A stretch of DNA of 63,224 nt, the filler included, from Reticulomyxa filosa (taxonomy: Eukaryota > Protista > Foraminifera): the NCBI GenBank assembly GCA_000512085.1. It is 19 parts of 19 records of this genome, joined end to end, with 100 filler letters (N's around TTAATTAATTAA, not from the genome) between each part and the next. Parts side by side here need not be neighbours in the genome. Positions count along the whole stretch, not along the records: positions 1 to 4,436 come from ASPP01040974.1; positions 4,537 to 7,041 come from ASPP01027586.1; positions 7,142 to 14,167 come from ASPP01027619.1; 16 more parts are not named here. The stretch is one strand, 5' to 3'. The notes under the pieces are model-generated. The model searched no databases and had not been told where the DNA came from. It saw only the letters and a list, made by a program, of their open reading frames with translations. The position numbers were made by a program, and so were the translations under genes. This document shows, piece by piece, positions 1-14,267 of this stretch. How positions within the stretch are numbered: the stretch's first letter is position 1; each line of letters opens with the position of its first letter.

Positions 1-119
1 AAAAAAATTGACATTTATTATCGCAACGGCGACATTAACACTGAAGATAGTTCAATGTGCGTTGCTAAAGTTGTTGGAGAAGTTTGTGAAAACTAAGCCA
101 AGGACCTGCCAATTGAAAG

Positions 120-2700
120 ATGAAAGGTATGATGATGAAGATAAGAAAGATAATTGGAAGAATTTGTGCTATTGTGTTTGTTTAAAAATTGTTTGATTCT
201 TCACGTACATAAGTGGATACTTTGCGTGCTTTCAATAATAGACTGACTTCCCGTAGCGCCACAATGGAAGAGTCTGAACAGTATGGCACCGACGAACAAG
301 ACTTATCTTATACTTGTGCGTAGTCGCAACTTTTGATATTCGGTAGTGTGTGCTGATAGTAGGGAGCACGCGTAAATCTATGACAATCGAGTCTTGATGC
401 TTCCCAATTTGCAAGCAAGTTCGCCGAGAAGAGGAAAAAGGAATGCGTGGTGGTATCGAGCAAAGTGAAACTGATATCAAAGTTGTGGTGTCGCAACGGC
501 AGCGAGGAAAAAGCGAAAGGCGATGAAGAAGATAAGAAAAAGAAGAACAAGTCCGTATCGCGTTGAATTTATTTGAAAGAAGAAAAAAAAACCAGCCGAC
601 ATGTTTTACTGAACTTGGTTATGAAATTTTGCTTCATATCCAAAAAAGCGCAAATTCGCCACTAGCAGGCGTAGACTAGATTCACGTATCGCGCCACAAT
701 GGAAAATGCTCAATGAGTTTGGCAATGTCAACTCGAAGCATTATAAATATTTGTTTGTCGTCAACTTATTTGCACAAAGTCCTGCTGATAACTCTTGGTG
801 TGGCACAGCACCAAAGATTGTGTCGAACTTCGTTCAGCCAGCGCAAAGAACAAGGGAAGCTTGGTCGTTATTGAAATGACCCCAATTTTCTTAATGCAGA
901 GATCGTGCGAAAACTGGTCGTGTGCGTACGCACAATCGCAACTTGGATTTTCCATCTTGAGCTCGCAGATGACGTTGAGTATTATTGATTGGTGAAGAAA
1001 GATATATAGCCGATTGCATTTTCCGGTTCAATTGCCGCAAGAGTTGTGTGCCTCGCATTTGTCGAGCAAGCGCGTATTATCTTTGCTGAACTGCTTCCGG
1101 GATCGACTATGAAGTACGGACGACGTATTGGACGGCCTCAAGAAAGTAAGAAGTAGAAGATTATTTAAAAAATAGATGTGAATGTTATCGGAAAATATGC
1201 GACATTGCGATCGGGCAAACCACTGCAGCAGTAGAATCAGCAAATGTAATAATGGTTCAACTTAGTTGTGCGAAACTCTCCAAGATACCGGCAAGAAAGA
1301 ATAAGAAGATGAAAATAAATAAAAGAAAAAGAAAGTCAAGTCAGTTTCTCGTTGGATTTGTTTAAAAGGAAAAAAAAAAATATCAGTCGATAGGCTTTAC
1401 TGGAATTGGTTATGGATTCTCGAAACGCGCAACGTCGCCACTCGCGACATAGACTAACTTCCAATAGCAGTGGTAATCCAGAGTATTTAAAAAAACTTGT
1501 TTGTCAGCAATGTATGTGGACACAAGTCTCTGGTGCTGTGCCATGCCAAGAATTATCCATCAAAGATAGTGTCCAACTGCGATATACCGGCGCCAACGAA
1601 CAAGAGAAACTTTGCTGTACTGAATTTATGAAATTAGCGCCATTTCAATGACAACAATCGAAACTGGTCGCGTGCGTACGCACATGCGCAACTTTGGATT
1701 TTAAATCATGCACGTGCTGATGGTATGAATGGTAAGCTCGCAGGCTACATTGAGCATTGACAATTGGTGAATAAATAGAACTTGTCGCATTTTTTCTGAC
1801 TCAATCATTGCAATAGTTGTTTGTTTTGTGTTTGTAGAACAGATGACTATTATCTTTACCAAACTGCAACTATTGACTACTGGCGGCGTGTTAGATTGTA
1901 ATCAAGAAAACAAGAAAGAAGAACAACAGCAAATGCGTCAATAATAATTAAGAAAATACAAATGATACCCTCCATCATCGTATCATCAATACAAAAATTA
2001 TTAAATGGACTCATAGTCATGGATGAGAGAATTTCGAATAACAACTATTTTCCAAGGCCAATGTATGTCCCTTATCATAAGGTTAACGATAGTGAATGAA
2101 TTTGGTGTTTAGAAAATGTACATTGTATGGCTGCATTGGAACAGTGGGAAAAAAATATCTCCCATTTCCAATCGCCTGAGATCTGGATCTTGGTGCTGTC
2201 CGATTACAAAAGGCAAGCTTGCCAAGATGAAAGGAAAAAAAAAATAGACGTGATAAGATCACGCAAAATATGAACGATATTGATATTGTGGTATCGCAAG
2301 GACAGCAGCGACTGGATTGGCCGAAGCAAATGCAAGACAAAGAAGAAATGGAAATACATAATCATGCATGACAGTCGAGTGAGCCACTATCACATGGCAC
2401 TATCTTCCCGATATCATGACTCAATTTGGTGAATGGGTTTTGCGCAACCCAAGTCGACATCACTGGCAAACAAGAAGAAGAAGATAGGGGGATGATGATG
2501 AATAGAAAGAAGATTTCGATGAACTGCGTTAGATTTGTTTTAAAAAGAAAAGAAGACAGTCTGCCAACTTTAGCCTCGTTATGAAATGGGTTTTCACACC
2601 CGCGAGTGGCGACTTTGCTCACTCTTATGCATGGACTAATGTCATAATTGAGGCTTCTTGCCTGATGTAACAATGTCAAGCGTAGTGCCGGTGATACTTG
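120..2700 (+). pseudogene. Decayed, tandemly duplicated gene fragments (3-4 mosaic copies, product unknown)
   Basis: Homologous blocks recur: GCGCCACAATGGAA at ~256 and ~691; AAACTGGTCG(T/C)GTGCGTACGCACA at ~911 and ~1661; ~400-510 aligns with ~2195-2310. All frames are interrupted by stops. Confidence 0.55.
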
Positions 2701-4436
2701 TAATAACGACAACAAAACGCAGTCCATGTCATTGCTTACTCATTTGTCAATTGTTCAATACATTGGGCTGGCGTATGTGTGCGACAATATTTGGGTACTA
2801 CTGATATATTCCACAATTTAATTTGATGTGCGCGAGAGAGCTAGTATTGTAACAAAAAGCAAGAACGTTATGACAGTCAATAGTTGGCTCGACGATTCGA
2901 AAGCCTCTCATTATTTATCAAGACAAAATTTGAATATTGGTAATGTATTTGTGGTACTGGGCTGCTGAATGGATGTATGGACATACTCTATGTCAGCAAT
3001 CGATCCCCTCCCCTCCCTCTCTCCTTTCCGCACGGGCTTGGCTGGTCATTTATGTGCGCCTGTTCCAAGTTCCTGCTACTTGTCGTTATAATCGTGTTTG
3101 AATTCATTGGTTGAAAAAGTTTATTTATGTACATATTCGATATTTAATAGCAACATCTTTATACGTATATTGATTATTTTTTTTTTTATGTATGTGATAT
3201 GTATTGCTTGAAATATTTTAATAGATATTCCAAAGTGTATTAGCAAAGTTTTGGAATGCGGATAGACACATTTTTGCTGCATACATTGTCATTGGTGCTG
3301 CAGCGAGTCCCCAACGATAATAACAACAGTAACAACAACGGCATTAGCAATACCGACGGTTGCAGTAAATGAAAGTAAAAATGGCAGCCTCATAGTCGAA
3401 TTGTTGCTGCTGGAAACACAATCTATCGTCGAATCATGGAAGCCGCACTATAACGCACGCACCTGTCATTTCTTCAATAAATTTATTTGTTCATCATTGA
3501 ACAAATATCAATTCGTGATGACGTGCTTCAAATATGGGCACGATCTTGCGTTTTGAATAACGTAGTTTGGAAAAAAAATAGGAAGTCCATATTGTGTAAT
3601 GTGGCTCATGGTTGATGGATTGAAATCGAACAATTGAAAGTGATGAGCGAAGATTATAATGATTATTTGTGCAATCTATATTCCAAGTTATAATGTTTCT
3701 TTATAATTTGATTGAAGCATGTGTAATCAATACTCACGTATATAAAATAGATCTCCAGAGAATACAACATCTTTCTATCGAGAAATTGAAAAATGGGTGT
3801 GATGGTTGCGATGCCAGTGAGAAGGGTGAAGTGAAGTGCGAACAATGCCAAATATATATGTCATTTTTGATTGCAAGTCTTTGACTCTTGTTTTAAATTT
3901 TTTGACTGAAAAACTTTTGTTTTTTGTGTGGATTGTCGTCTTTTGATTTTTCTTTCAATATAACTTTAATGTCTCCTCCAGCTCAACTGATATCTTGTTC
4001 AAATTGTAATCATCGTAACAATTTTTGAACTTTAATATTTTAACTCTAAAAGAAAATACGTAAGACCTGTGTGAAATAGGAATTATTCCCCCGAAAGGGA
4101 CAAGATGATAAAGACAATGATTAGAAAAGAAAAAGAAAGGCTTTTTGTATCACAATTAATATAGGAGAATACGTGTTTTTCTCAATTGTTAAGGCTGTTC
4201 GGACTTGCAACACCTTCAAAAGTACATCAGTTTCAACTTTCTAGCATCGCTCCAAGTCTGAAGGGGTCCTTGTTGCGCATAGCGCTCTCTCAATAAAGTG
4301 GCTTGTCTGCTGTTCCGCTCCGTACACAACATGATGAATGATACTGTTATTATTTCTTCGCAGTTCGTCCATGACTTTGGCGTAAGACATGCCCTTAAAA
4401 GTCCCATACGTGTCATATCCATCTGATCAGCAACAC

Positions 4437-4536
4437 NNNNNNNNNNNNNNNNNNNNNNNNNNNNNNNNNNNNNNNNNNNNTTAATTAATTAANNNNNNNN
4501 NNNNNNNNNNNNNNNNNNNNNNNNNNNNNNNNNNNN
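4437..4536. other. Artificial contig-joining linker (first of 18; the others start at 7042, 14168, 15796, 17646, 21555, 24082, 25268, 26516, 27616, 30577, 38238, 41523, 43676, 46798, 48157, 50895, 61951)
   Basis: Identical 44N-TTAATTAATTAA-44N block each time. The 12-mer has stops in all six frames. Genes are cut and base composition changes at the linkers. Confidence 0.98.
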
Positions 4537-7041
4537 CTTCATTATATGGTCTGTTTCATTTGACTTGGCAATGGACATCCACTCCAAATCTTTGTATTTG
4601 ATGGTTCCATTTTGGAGATCCTATGCAATTTGATATGTGCAATAGTAATATGCACATCACATTATACACAGTCCCTCTCTATTTTAAAGAGAAATAAACC
4701 TGCTTAAAATCTTCCCACTTTTTATTTGAATCTTGAAACATTCTGTCGAAAATGAACAAAAGTTTGCTATTTTTGCTCGATTGATGCCCTGTTTTGTGTT
4801 TTTTCCAAATTTCATGGAAAATGGCACTATCACGCCGATCAACCATAATGTTCATGGATTGTTCATGTTCTTTCAACAGTTTAATTTCTTGGTCATAACG
4901 ATTTCTGGTTTTAACAAATCCTTTCACTTCCCAATTTTTACTTTCTGTTTCGAGTTTTTTCAATTGAACGGGCAAATCTTCAATCGAAAAATCATTGTGT
5001 ACTTGCTTGAACATGTCAATCAACTTTGAAAATTGTTGATATTCTTTCACCATTTCCTCCAATCTTTGTATCATTTCCACCAATTCTGTTAAATGAGAAA
5101 AAAGTTCTTTGATCTTGTTCAAATGTGTAACCAAATATTTGTAAACATGAATGGGAAGCAGATTTTCGTTTATTGTTAAATTGGTCAACACTTTATTTAA
5201 AAAAGTAAATAATGATTCTCGCATTGGATTGTCTTGTTTAAACCATAATTCATATTTAAAGCAATAGTCCAAATTTAAACATAGCTTTTTACTTTCTGAA
5301 TCCGCATTTTTTTCATTTAACTCTTCCACTTTTGGAACATCCTCTTCCATTGTACGAATTACTTTCTGAAACAATTCTGACTTTTTGTCTTCACAATCTT
5401 GCATCCTTTTAATTTGATCATCTGTCCACCTGTCATTGTCCAGCCGCAATTCGTGATATCGATCATCCAAAATCTCTATGAAATTCGAATGATATAACTT
5501 TGCCTTTTGAAACGTAGAAGAACATAGCAATTCAATGACTTTGGAGTGAAATGGTTGTTCCTCCTCTTCATCCTTATTTAACCAGTCTTTGAAGGATTTT
5601 TTGAGTAATTCGCTCAAAATAGAATTCGATTTGATACTAGGATCTACCAATAGTTCAATCCAATGTAAGCGATTTGTTTCATTTTGTAAAAACTGATTTA
5701 AAATATTAACAATCAATGCTTCGTTTTCATCATTTGCACTTGCGTCCTTTATATCAAGAAAGTTGTGTACAATTGAGTTGAAAATAAATAGCAAAAAAAA
5801 AAAAAAAAAATATATATGCATATATATAAAATAGATATATGTATGTTTGGGTAAGTTACGAAACAGGCCATATCAATTTCACCATTAAAACCAATCCTTG
5901 GCCCTCTGCTTCATCGTAAAAAGTCTCAATAGTTTGTATTATGCTACGTTTATCTTTCCATCTATTTTATGATGACAGAACCAATGTTCACAAAAACAAA
6001 TCAACGTAAGAAAAAAGATGAAAATATACTCACATGCATGTTTGCTTTTGCACGAATTCTAAGAGTTTGTAAATGTTGATAGGCGACTTTACGACCAATG
6101 ACCGAAACTCTGTCGATTGAAAGCCTTGTAATAACTTGTTGGCAATTTCTACAAAATTGACTACACATTGTTGTAGCTTTGCAATGAATGTATCCCACTC
6201 TTCAAATTGTACTTTGTAGAACGATTGAAACAAAGACCAACATTCGTTGTGCTCCCACAATCGCTTCCATGGATTTGACTCTGCTGTCTTATTGTAATTG
6301 TTGTGATCAAGCAACAATTGCAGAGTCGATTGCATCAGCTGATTGTGATGTGGCAATAGCTTAATCAAATAATCTTCAATCCAAATGATTGGGTGAAATG
6401 TCTTGTTCTTTCGCAATGTCAAATCAAATGTGAGAATCTCGATCAATTCATTCTCGTTAATAGATTGCACTTCACTGCTTTGAAAATCAAATCTTTGGAA
6501 AAATTCATTGAAAGATGTAATAAGTTGTTGCCGTTCAATCAGCTCATTTGACAATGCCAAGTAATTGACACATGGAATCAATGGCAACCTATCAATGAGA
6601 GTGCAAAGAATCTCATTTTTTCTTTTCCCGGAAGCCATATTAGTGAAAGAGCGGATAGTATATCCTGTATTTTTAATAATAAGTGAACAAAGTTGAATTA
6701 CTGATTTATCTTTGGCAAGAGTTCTTACAATGATGAACAATTGTTTTGAAGATAAGCACTGTTTTATATCCCATTCACGCCAAATATTGTTCACAAATAG
6801 TGCTTGATACACCTGTTTTGTATATACGTATTGTTTTATCATTCTACCCAGTTCCAATTAACAAGATATTAAAAAAAAAAAACACACCTGTTTGGAACTT
6901 GCATTTGATTGGTCCAAATTTGGAGTATTATCGTTAAGTACATTTTCAATGTCTTGTGATTTCGACTGATGAAGTTGTGTTTTTAAATCATTGAAAACAG
7001 TCAAAGCAAAACAAAATGATGGCTCATCCTCAATTCCACAA
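4537..7041 (-). CDS. Internal fragment of a large multi-exon helical protein, possibly RNF213/mysterin-like stalk region
   Basis: ORFs 6030-6857 and 4679-5821 are joined by short introns. GT-AG intron 4621-4699 splices KKWEDFKQ to DLQNGTIKYKDLEW in frame. SAIFHEIW...W..F...LQNGTI.Y pattern resembles RNF213-like proteins (recalled, unverified). Confidence 0.5.
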
Positions 7042-7141
7042 NNNNNNNNNNNNNNNNNNNNNNNNNNNNNNNNNNNNNNNNNNNNTTAATTAATTAANNN
7101 NNNNNNNNNNNNNNNNNNNNNNNNNNNNNNNNNNNNNNNNN

Positions 7142-9428
7142 ATTGTTGTAATTGTTGTAATTGTTGTAATTGTGATTGTGGCTGTGACTGTAACTGTGGT
7201 TGTGCTTGCGAATGAGTTTGACAACGTTGTGCGATTTCCATTTGAATTAATCTTTGAAATTGTTGAGTTTTTTCCCACAAAACAAGCAATTGCTCTTCGT
7301 TATACAAATGTAAGTTTCTTGCAATTTGTTCCATGAGGTAATTTAATTGCGACAGCGACGACTGTGGAGAACGCAGATTGAGATGGATGTCCATATTACC
7401 ATTCAACAGACGCGTGCTATTTGCATGCCCAAATTTTCCCCAGTTATCCAATACATGCATTGGCGCAGAGGACTGCGAGCCTGCCAATTCGTCACTTTTG
7501 CTTTTGTGTATACTCTCCACTGTCCCACTTCCGTTCGTGTTTGCTGTCGGATTGCCATTTGTGTTCATGTTCGTGTTCGTACTTGCATGTATATTCACAT
7601 TTATGCTCGTATTTGTGCTCACGGTGGTGATCGTACTTGCGCTGGTGCTTTTGTTGAGATTTTGTTTGGAACTTGACGTTGTCTCATTTGTTTCCTTCAG
7701 CGACACAAAACACAATTATTCTTTCCTTTTTAAAAACAAAAAGTGTATGAAATTTACTGCATGATGTAAAGCATCTCTTCCATTCAGAAACGTAAATTTT
7801 CATAAACACCCCTTTTTTCCTTCCCTTTCTTTTCGCAAAAAAAAAAAAGTACCTGGTCCGTGTTAATATGTTGTATTGATCCATATTTCTGGCGATACTG
7901 TGCCAACAATGTGGCGTGCAAATCCTTTTTTTTATGTATTGTTTTGCGGGAACATGGCAAGGAACAATAGATAGAATTAAACAAAGTGAAAACCCCAAAA
8001 GAAGGATTTCATCACAAATAAAATCGCACCCGAGGTTACGTATACCACACAATAGTTGAAAAAATGCATAGATTTTTTGGGGAAAGTGTGTATGCGCATG
8101 AATTCTCACACAAAACCGGAGCCAAAAAAAAAAAAAAAAAGGGATGAGAAAATGTAAGAAGAGTGAAATTTAAAAAAAAAACTGCAAATGCTTTTTGAAA
8201 TGCGGCAAACATGTTGGATTGCAATTTTGGGTTGACTTTATTGGGTAACCTGAATGACAAAGATCGTTGGCGATATCACCGTTTTGAACAAAAGCGGAAT
8301 AATGATATTTATGTTCCTTTTCTTCTTTATCTTCTTCTGGTTCTTCGTGTTCATGTGCATGTTCATGTTCGCATTCATACTGCTGTTGATGTTGTTGCAC
8401 TCGCAGCAATTGTTTTTGTTCTTGCTCTTCACTCAACAAAGTCGCGGCAATATCTGCAATTTTGGTATGTTGTGGCAAATAGGTTTTTAACACTTTGTCA
8501 AATCCATATTTGGTAACACTGTTTTGACATATCAAAGGGGTTTCTGCCGATCGCTGGTTCAGTCGGACGTTGCTCTTCAATATCGACGATATTACCTGTT
8601 TCAAAAAAAAAAAAAGGACACGCTACACCTCAGAAAAGTAACACTATTCTCTCTCGCTCTCTGCTGGCACACAACAAGTAAAAAAAGAAATGTAAGGATA
8701 AATGTAAACTGCAGCTTCGCATAATTGAGCAAACAAAAGTGCTTTGGTCGTGTCGAGAGAGAATAATTGCCAAGCTACTTCGGAACAATACTTTACGTGT
8801 TTGATTCAAACAAAGTTTTTTATACATATTTTTTATTTTCAGGTTATGTCCACCCCCTTTTTTTTTTTGATTGTGGTTGTTATAAAATGTTGACCTGCGT
8901 AGATTGAGAAATGAATTGTGGAAAGACTTTCGTTGCCAAAGTCAAAGCGCGACGACCATTCGCCCAATTGATCGCACCCTTTCGGTACTCTTCAAGAGAC
9001 CCCGGGATTTTTTTGGCCTTGTACGAGGGAGATAAACCTTTCCACTCGTCAATGTGTTCCGTGTACTCTTTCAGGTCAATCGTTATTTTGCATCCTTTCA
9101 CCAATGATTGTGCTTCTTTCATATTCACTGCATTCAGCACGCCTTCTATTGCCTTTTTTTTTCACAAAAACAGTACAAAATAAGAAAAAAAGGTAAAAAT
9201 AAATGGTAAACTTTGTTCACTTCTCTGCTCACAACATTACATCGTGTTTGAACATTTTGAATTTCTTTGTTCTGTGTGTTGGTGCGTTATATTCACTGTT
9301 TATCACTTCCAATTTGGTACAACCAGGTGTAATAGTATAATCAATTACAAAGAGGAAAAAGATATTGAGCACACTTTGAGCTCTTGCTGAATTTGCTGCA
9401 GATAGGACTGTGCTGTGGACTCGCTCAT
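7142..9428 (-). CDS. Multi-exon hypothetical protein with Q/T/N-rich C-terminal part, 3' truncated
   Basis: ATG at 9428 (MSESTAQSYLQQ...). Exons overlap ORFs 8880-9140, 8170-8604 and 7086-7715, separated by A/T-run introns. Exact splice sites are not all resolved. Confidence 0.55.
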
Positions 9429-11006
9429 CTTCAGAATTAATTTAATTTTTTTTTTGAAGAGTTAAAAAACCGTTGGGAAAGATTACATACAAAAGAAAAA
9501 CGATCAATCCTGAAAATCCAAAATATATTGATTTAAATGTACGAATAAAAGTTTCTTGTTATATCAATTTTTTTATTTTCGAGTTTTAATAACAAATTAC
9601 CTATTCATCAAAGAGTACATGTGAGAATCACTTCACCATTAAATTGTAAGCATCGCTTAAAAATAAAGAAACTTTCTATTCCATAAAAGAAAAGATGTTA
9701 CTTGATTTTTTTTTGGTATATTGTAAAAATTTTAAACAGCAATTATCATTTAATGACTGTGAGATAAAGCTAAGTTACCTTTACTACCCGTAGCTGATGA
9801 CACCACATGAATTTTACTAAATCTTTTAAAATAATTTATATAGTTTCTTTTTTTATATATAAAGAAAAACTGAGTAAATTCAAAAGAATGACACTGAAAA
9901 AAGTTACTGCATCAAGCAGAGTAAGTATCATAACTTTTTTCAAAATTTCAAAAAAAAACATTAACGATTTTTTCATGATTTTCTATTAAAAATCAAATAT
10001 ATTTTAGGTTCTTCGGCATGCATAGACATCATTTAAAAAAATACTGATTTTCATGAATAAACTTAAATGTTTGTATTGTTCATTTTAAGGAGATCTTTTT
10101 TTGCTATCGATTGTAATTAATAAAATTATTTCACAAATTTCTTGCATTTTAATGTACTGTCAAAATATTGAATCTGTCCACGTCTGCATTATGTAAAAAT
10201 ATTCAAAAAATTTAAATAAAAAGACAGCACAATTATTTTGAATAAATTATTACTCAAGTAGTTCATCTATACCCGGATCACAGCTTTTATTTGATTGTTT
10301 GAATCAAGCATGATTGCTTTGATTGTTTAGCTCTGGCCTATGAATGAACTATTTCGCTATTTAGCGTGACTTTAACTTTTGTGTCGTTGTCAATTCCTTT
10401 TATAAGTTGTTCATTGAAAAATTAAAAAATTTTTATTTCAGACGAAACACGTTCATACTCGGTGGAAATATTGTTTAAAAATTTAGTAAACATTATAAAT
10501 AAATTTTTTGAACGATTGCATTTATCAAATAGATTGGAAAACTAACTTACTTTACATATTTTGAATTTTCAGTTTTTAAAAAATTACCTTTTCATGGAAA
10601 GGCTTCAACTTCTAAAATGTTATGGACAGTATTTTTTTGTCAAATTCATAAAGTGACAAATAAAACACGCTTGAAATGCAACACAAGAACTTGTGTACTT
10701 GCTAAAATTAAAAGAAACATTTCTACAGTGAACAAATCATTTGTTCTGAGATTATTTCTTTGATGATCTGTTGTCACAAATGGCCAGAGAATGGATGGAT
10801 CCACTCCGAATCAAATGCCAAAAATTGCTTTTAAAATATCTTGGAACTGTGTAAAAAAAACAAAGAATGAATGGATATTTTTAAGAACCCGATTTTTCAA
10901 TTTGTCTCAAAAAGCGGAGAATCTTTTATAATATCCGTCTGCTGTGTTTCGCTAAAAACGTATACATAAAGCTATATGTATCGTTGAGAGGAAAGAGTGG
11001 CAAATG

Positions 11007-13261
11007 TTACAAGATATTACAGCTGCTTTTAAATCCATTAGAAATGCCAACTTCAGCGACAAACAACTTTCCAGGAAAAACAGCTAGAGCCACAATGAAA
11101 AACAATCGAAAGAACTGATTCTGCAATAAATAATGACATCGCGCCAGGACAGCTTTTTGCAAATGATTTTTCCACCAAAATCTTTGCATCAGAATGGCAT
11201 TAAAAGTTTCCAACACAAAACTGATAAATAAGATTAGCATGCTTCTACGAATGTGGTGCAAAGTTATATCCCCAAAATAAAGGAAAATATGGCGATTGTA
11301 TCCAAATCGAACAACGAAAAAACAAATGACAAATCCAAAAAATGTGTACGACATAACAATTAAACGAATACCAAAATCTAAGCATAAAAAAGAGACCCAA
11401 TTATTATAAGCATTTTGATGTAATATAGTATTTCGACTATTCGAGCGTTGTAAACTTTTTGTGTAGGCTTTAAAAAATATTCGTTGTGCAACTTCTGCAA
11501 ATGACAAAAAGCGACCTACTAATGAATCATCCGGCTTTGCTTTAGACAATAATGATGATGGTGATGTGAAAGATGACAGCATGCGATTAAGAAAAGAGAC
11601 GTATAAATTCGAGCAGCGAAACGCATACATTAACCACTCCATTGTTAGATGAATACATTGCAATGCAATAAATACGTACACGGAATTAACAGCCGTCAAT
11701 AACACACGATAAAACACGTAATAATATAACAAACCCATCATTTCGCCTGTCGTTTATGAGTGAAAATACGTTATCATTCAATTAGAAAGTTTGCGTATAT
11801 GCAAAAATGTGTGATATACCTTGGCAGTAAAAAAAAGAGCCTCGTGTTTTGCCCATGTCAATGAGAAAGCCAACTGATTTCAAAACAGATTTGATAAGCA
11901 CGAACGATAAAAAAAATACCAGAAATAATGTAAATTGAAGCCAAGGATTTGTATGAAAAATGTCATGGTTATTGAAATATTGGCTCACGTACCATTGACA
12001 GAGCTCCAATGTGCACATTGAACAAATGCAAAACAAAGTGCAGTACAAAAATTGTAACCAAGGTGAGCGATGCAATGAGATTGCCGTGGATTGGTGCTCG
12101 ATCCATGCCTTATGATAGATTAGCATTGACTCGATTGGCGAATCCGACAAATCGCTGTTTTTATGACCGAGTGACTCTGCCATAGAGACGAACTCACTCG
12201 GTTTTTCTTCGGTAAATGCATCTCCTTTCCTGCTCATGTTTACTGACATTGAAAACACCGAGGACTCTAAATCGATATATTCTGGCCCCATTGCATAAAC
12301 ATATTCAATTGGCAGCTCTTGCACACGCTTTTCAAATATCGGTTGTTCTGGTCCTAAATTCCACATCAACACATTTGTTGTGATCAATGATGGAAGAAAT
12401 AGCATAAACACAATGTGAACCTCCGTAAAATGAAAAGCGCTGCTGCTTGGTAGAAAAAACAAAATCGGTTCTTGGACGCAAACTGGACCTGTTGTTCTCG
12501 TCTTCGGTTTCGTATTGACTCAAAGGCAATTCATTGGCGGGTAAGTCGCTGTCGTTATCATTGTCATCATCGTTATTATTCGTGTTGTTGTCGTTGTTGT
12601 TGCTCTCACAAAAAAATACATATTGTCGCTGCAAACGTCTCGATTGAAAGCCAAAGTACATTGTAGTTATTACAAAACATGACCACACTATTTGTCCACA
12701 TAACACCACTGCGTTTTTATGCGAATAAAAAATAAAATGCTCTTTTCTTTTTGGTCAACTGTTGTAAGCTCGAACCAAATTGGAGTTGTTTCGTAATGAA
12801 TCAGACTGATTGAACAAAAGTCCTGTAAATATGCACACAAATTGTTCAAACATCCACAATAGTATCAGTTGCTCTTCTTTTATTACTGGAATGGCTCCAT
12901 AATAACAACACAATATTATCAATGCATTGAAAAAGGAACTCCACACTTGATGCACCAAAAAATACCATTGCGAATTTACCACATGTGAAGTTATCCTTGT
13001 ATCTGTGTCGGATGTGGACGTTTTTGAACAATCCAAAGGAAATGCTAGTGATATTATTGTTATTACTAAAGATAACAACGAGCATAATCCGATCATTACC
13101 AGACGCTGGCAATAGCGCTTCCAAGAAGACGATTGAAATTCCACTTTTCCAAAGGCATTATATAACTTTGATAAGTGATTATCAGCTGTTTGTGACAATT
13201 GAGTCGACTGTGACTCTTTTAGGTTTTCATTTCGTCCAGGATTTACAAGAGGTGCTTCCAT
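11007..13261 (-). CDS. Multi-pass membrane protein of unknown function
   Basis: Collinear ORFs 12755-13261, 12332-12709/11782-12462 and 11007-11741 carry many hydrophobic helices. Short introns lie near 12710-12770 and 11750-11820. A frame change near 12460 may be an error or lesion. Confidence 0.65.
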
Positions 13262-13796
13262 GGAGAGTAAAAAGATAAACGTTACCCCCTTTTTTTTCCT
13301 TCCCTTTTGTCTTTCTCGGTACGTTTGGATTGTAGTTTTTGCTCAAAATAGATAATGTACAGCAAGTGCAAAAGATTAAAAATTAAAAACACCACTTTTT
13401 TTGTCAAATGCCGAAACCCCTTTTATTTCTCTTCATATGAAATGTTGTTCTTGTCGAGCAAACGGAAAGAAACAAAAAAAAACAAAGCAAATGGAAAATT
13501 AAAAATAAAAAGTTAGCATTTTGATTTTGAAAAGGCTTAAAAGTGAAGAAATGTAAAAATCTTGTGAGTAGATACAATTTCTTGTTTCCTAGTCCCTCCC
13601 TCTTTATTATTGTGTGCAAAAAAAAAAAAAGAAAACAATAACAAAAACAGACAGACGAACAAAGGCAAAACACAACAGATATGTACAAGCAAAAATTGCG
13701 CCAGTAAGTTCTATCTTTGGTACAGACAAGATTTCAAAAAAAAAAAGATGAATAATGAACGTGGAGAAAGAGATCTTTATTTTAAAAAAGTCCGAG

Positions 13797-14063
13797 TTAA
13801 TAAAAAACGATTCGCTTATCATAAGCTGGGGACTGAGTTTGCTGAATATCAGCAAGACTATTCGATGTGTCTTTTTCCTTGAAAGGAAGTTTGACACCAA
13901 CATAAAACTTGACACCATCTCTGGGATTCACAAGCCTTTGAGTAAATATTTGATTCAAAACATCGACACCTTGCAAGCCAATTTTGGTGCCTTCCATTGT
14001 GACCTTGCGTAGTCTAGTGGTCCCTTCTTTCATGGCATTGAGCTCAAATACATCGGAAAAGCC

Positions 14064-14065
<2 letters not shown>
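13797..14065 (-). CDS. 3' exon of a hypothetical protein (5' part lost at contig end)
   Basis: Open frame FSDVFELNAMKEG...KRIVFY* follows an A/T-run intron. Confidence 0.4.
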
Positions 14066-14096
<31 letters not shown>

Positions 14097-14267
14097 AAAT
14101 TAAAATGAAAAGAGTAACCGAATAAATAATGATAATAAAAACTCAACTTTTGCGATCATTGAAGAAANNNNNNNNNNNNNNNNNNNNNNNNNNNNNNNNN
14201 NNNNNNNNNNNTTAATTAATTAANNNNNNNNNNNNNNNNNNNNNNNNNNNNNNNNNNNNNNNNNNNN

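Noticed and set aside
4230-4436. Minus-strand VLL-SDGYDT fragment suggesting a vWA domain
   Set aside because: Requires a frameshift, is short and is cut by the contig end.
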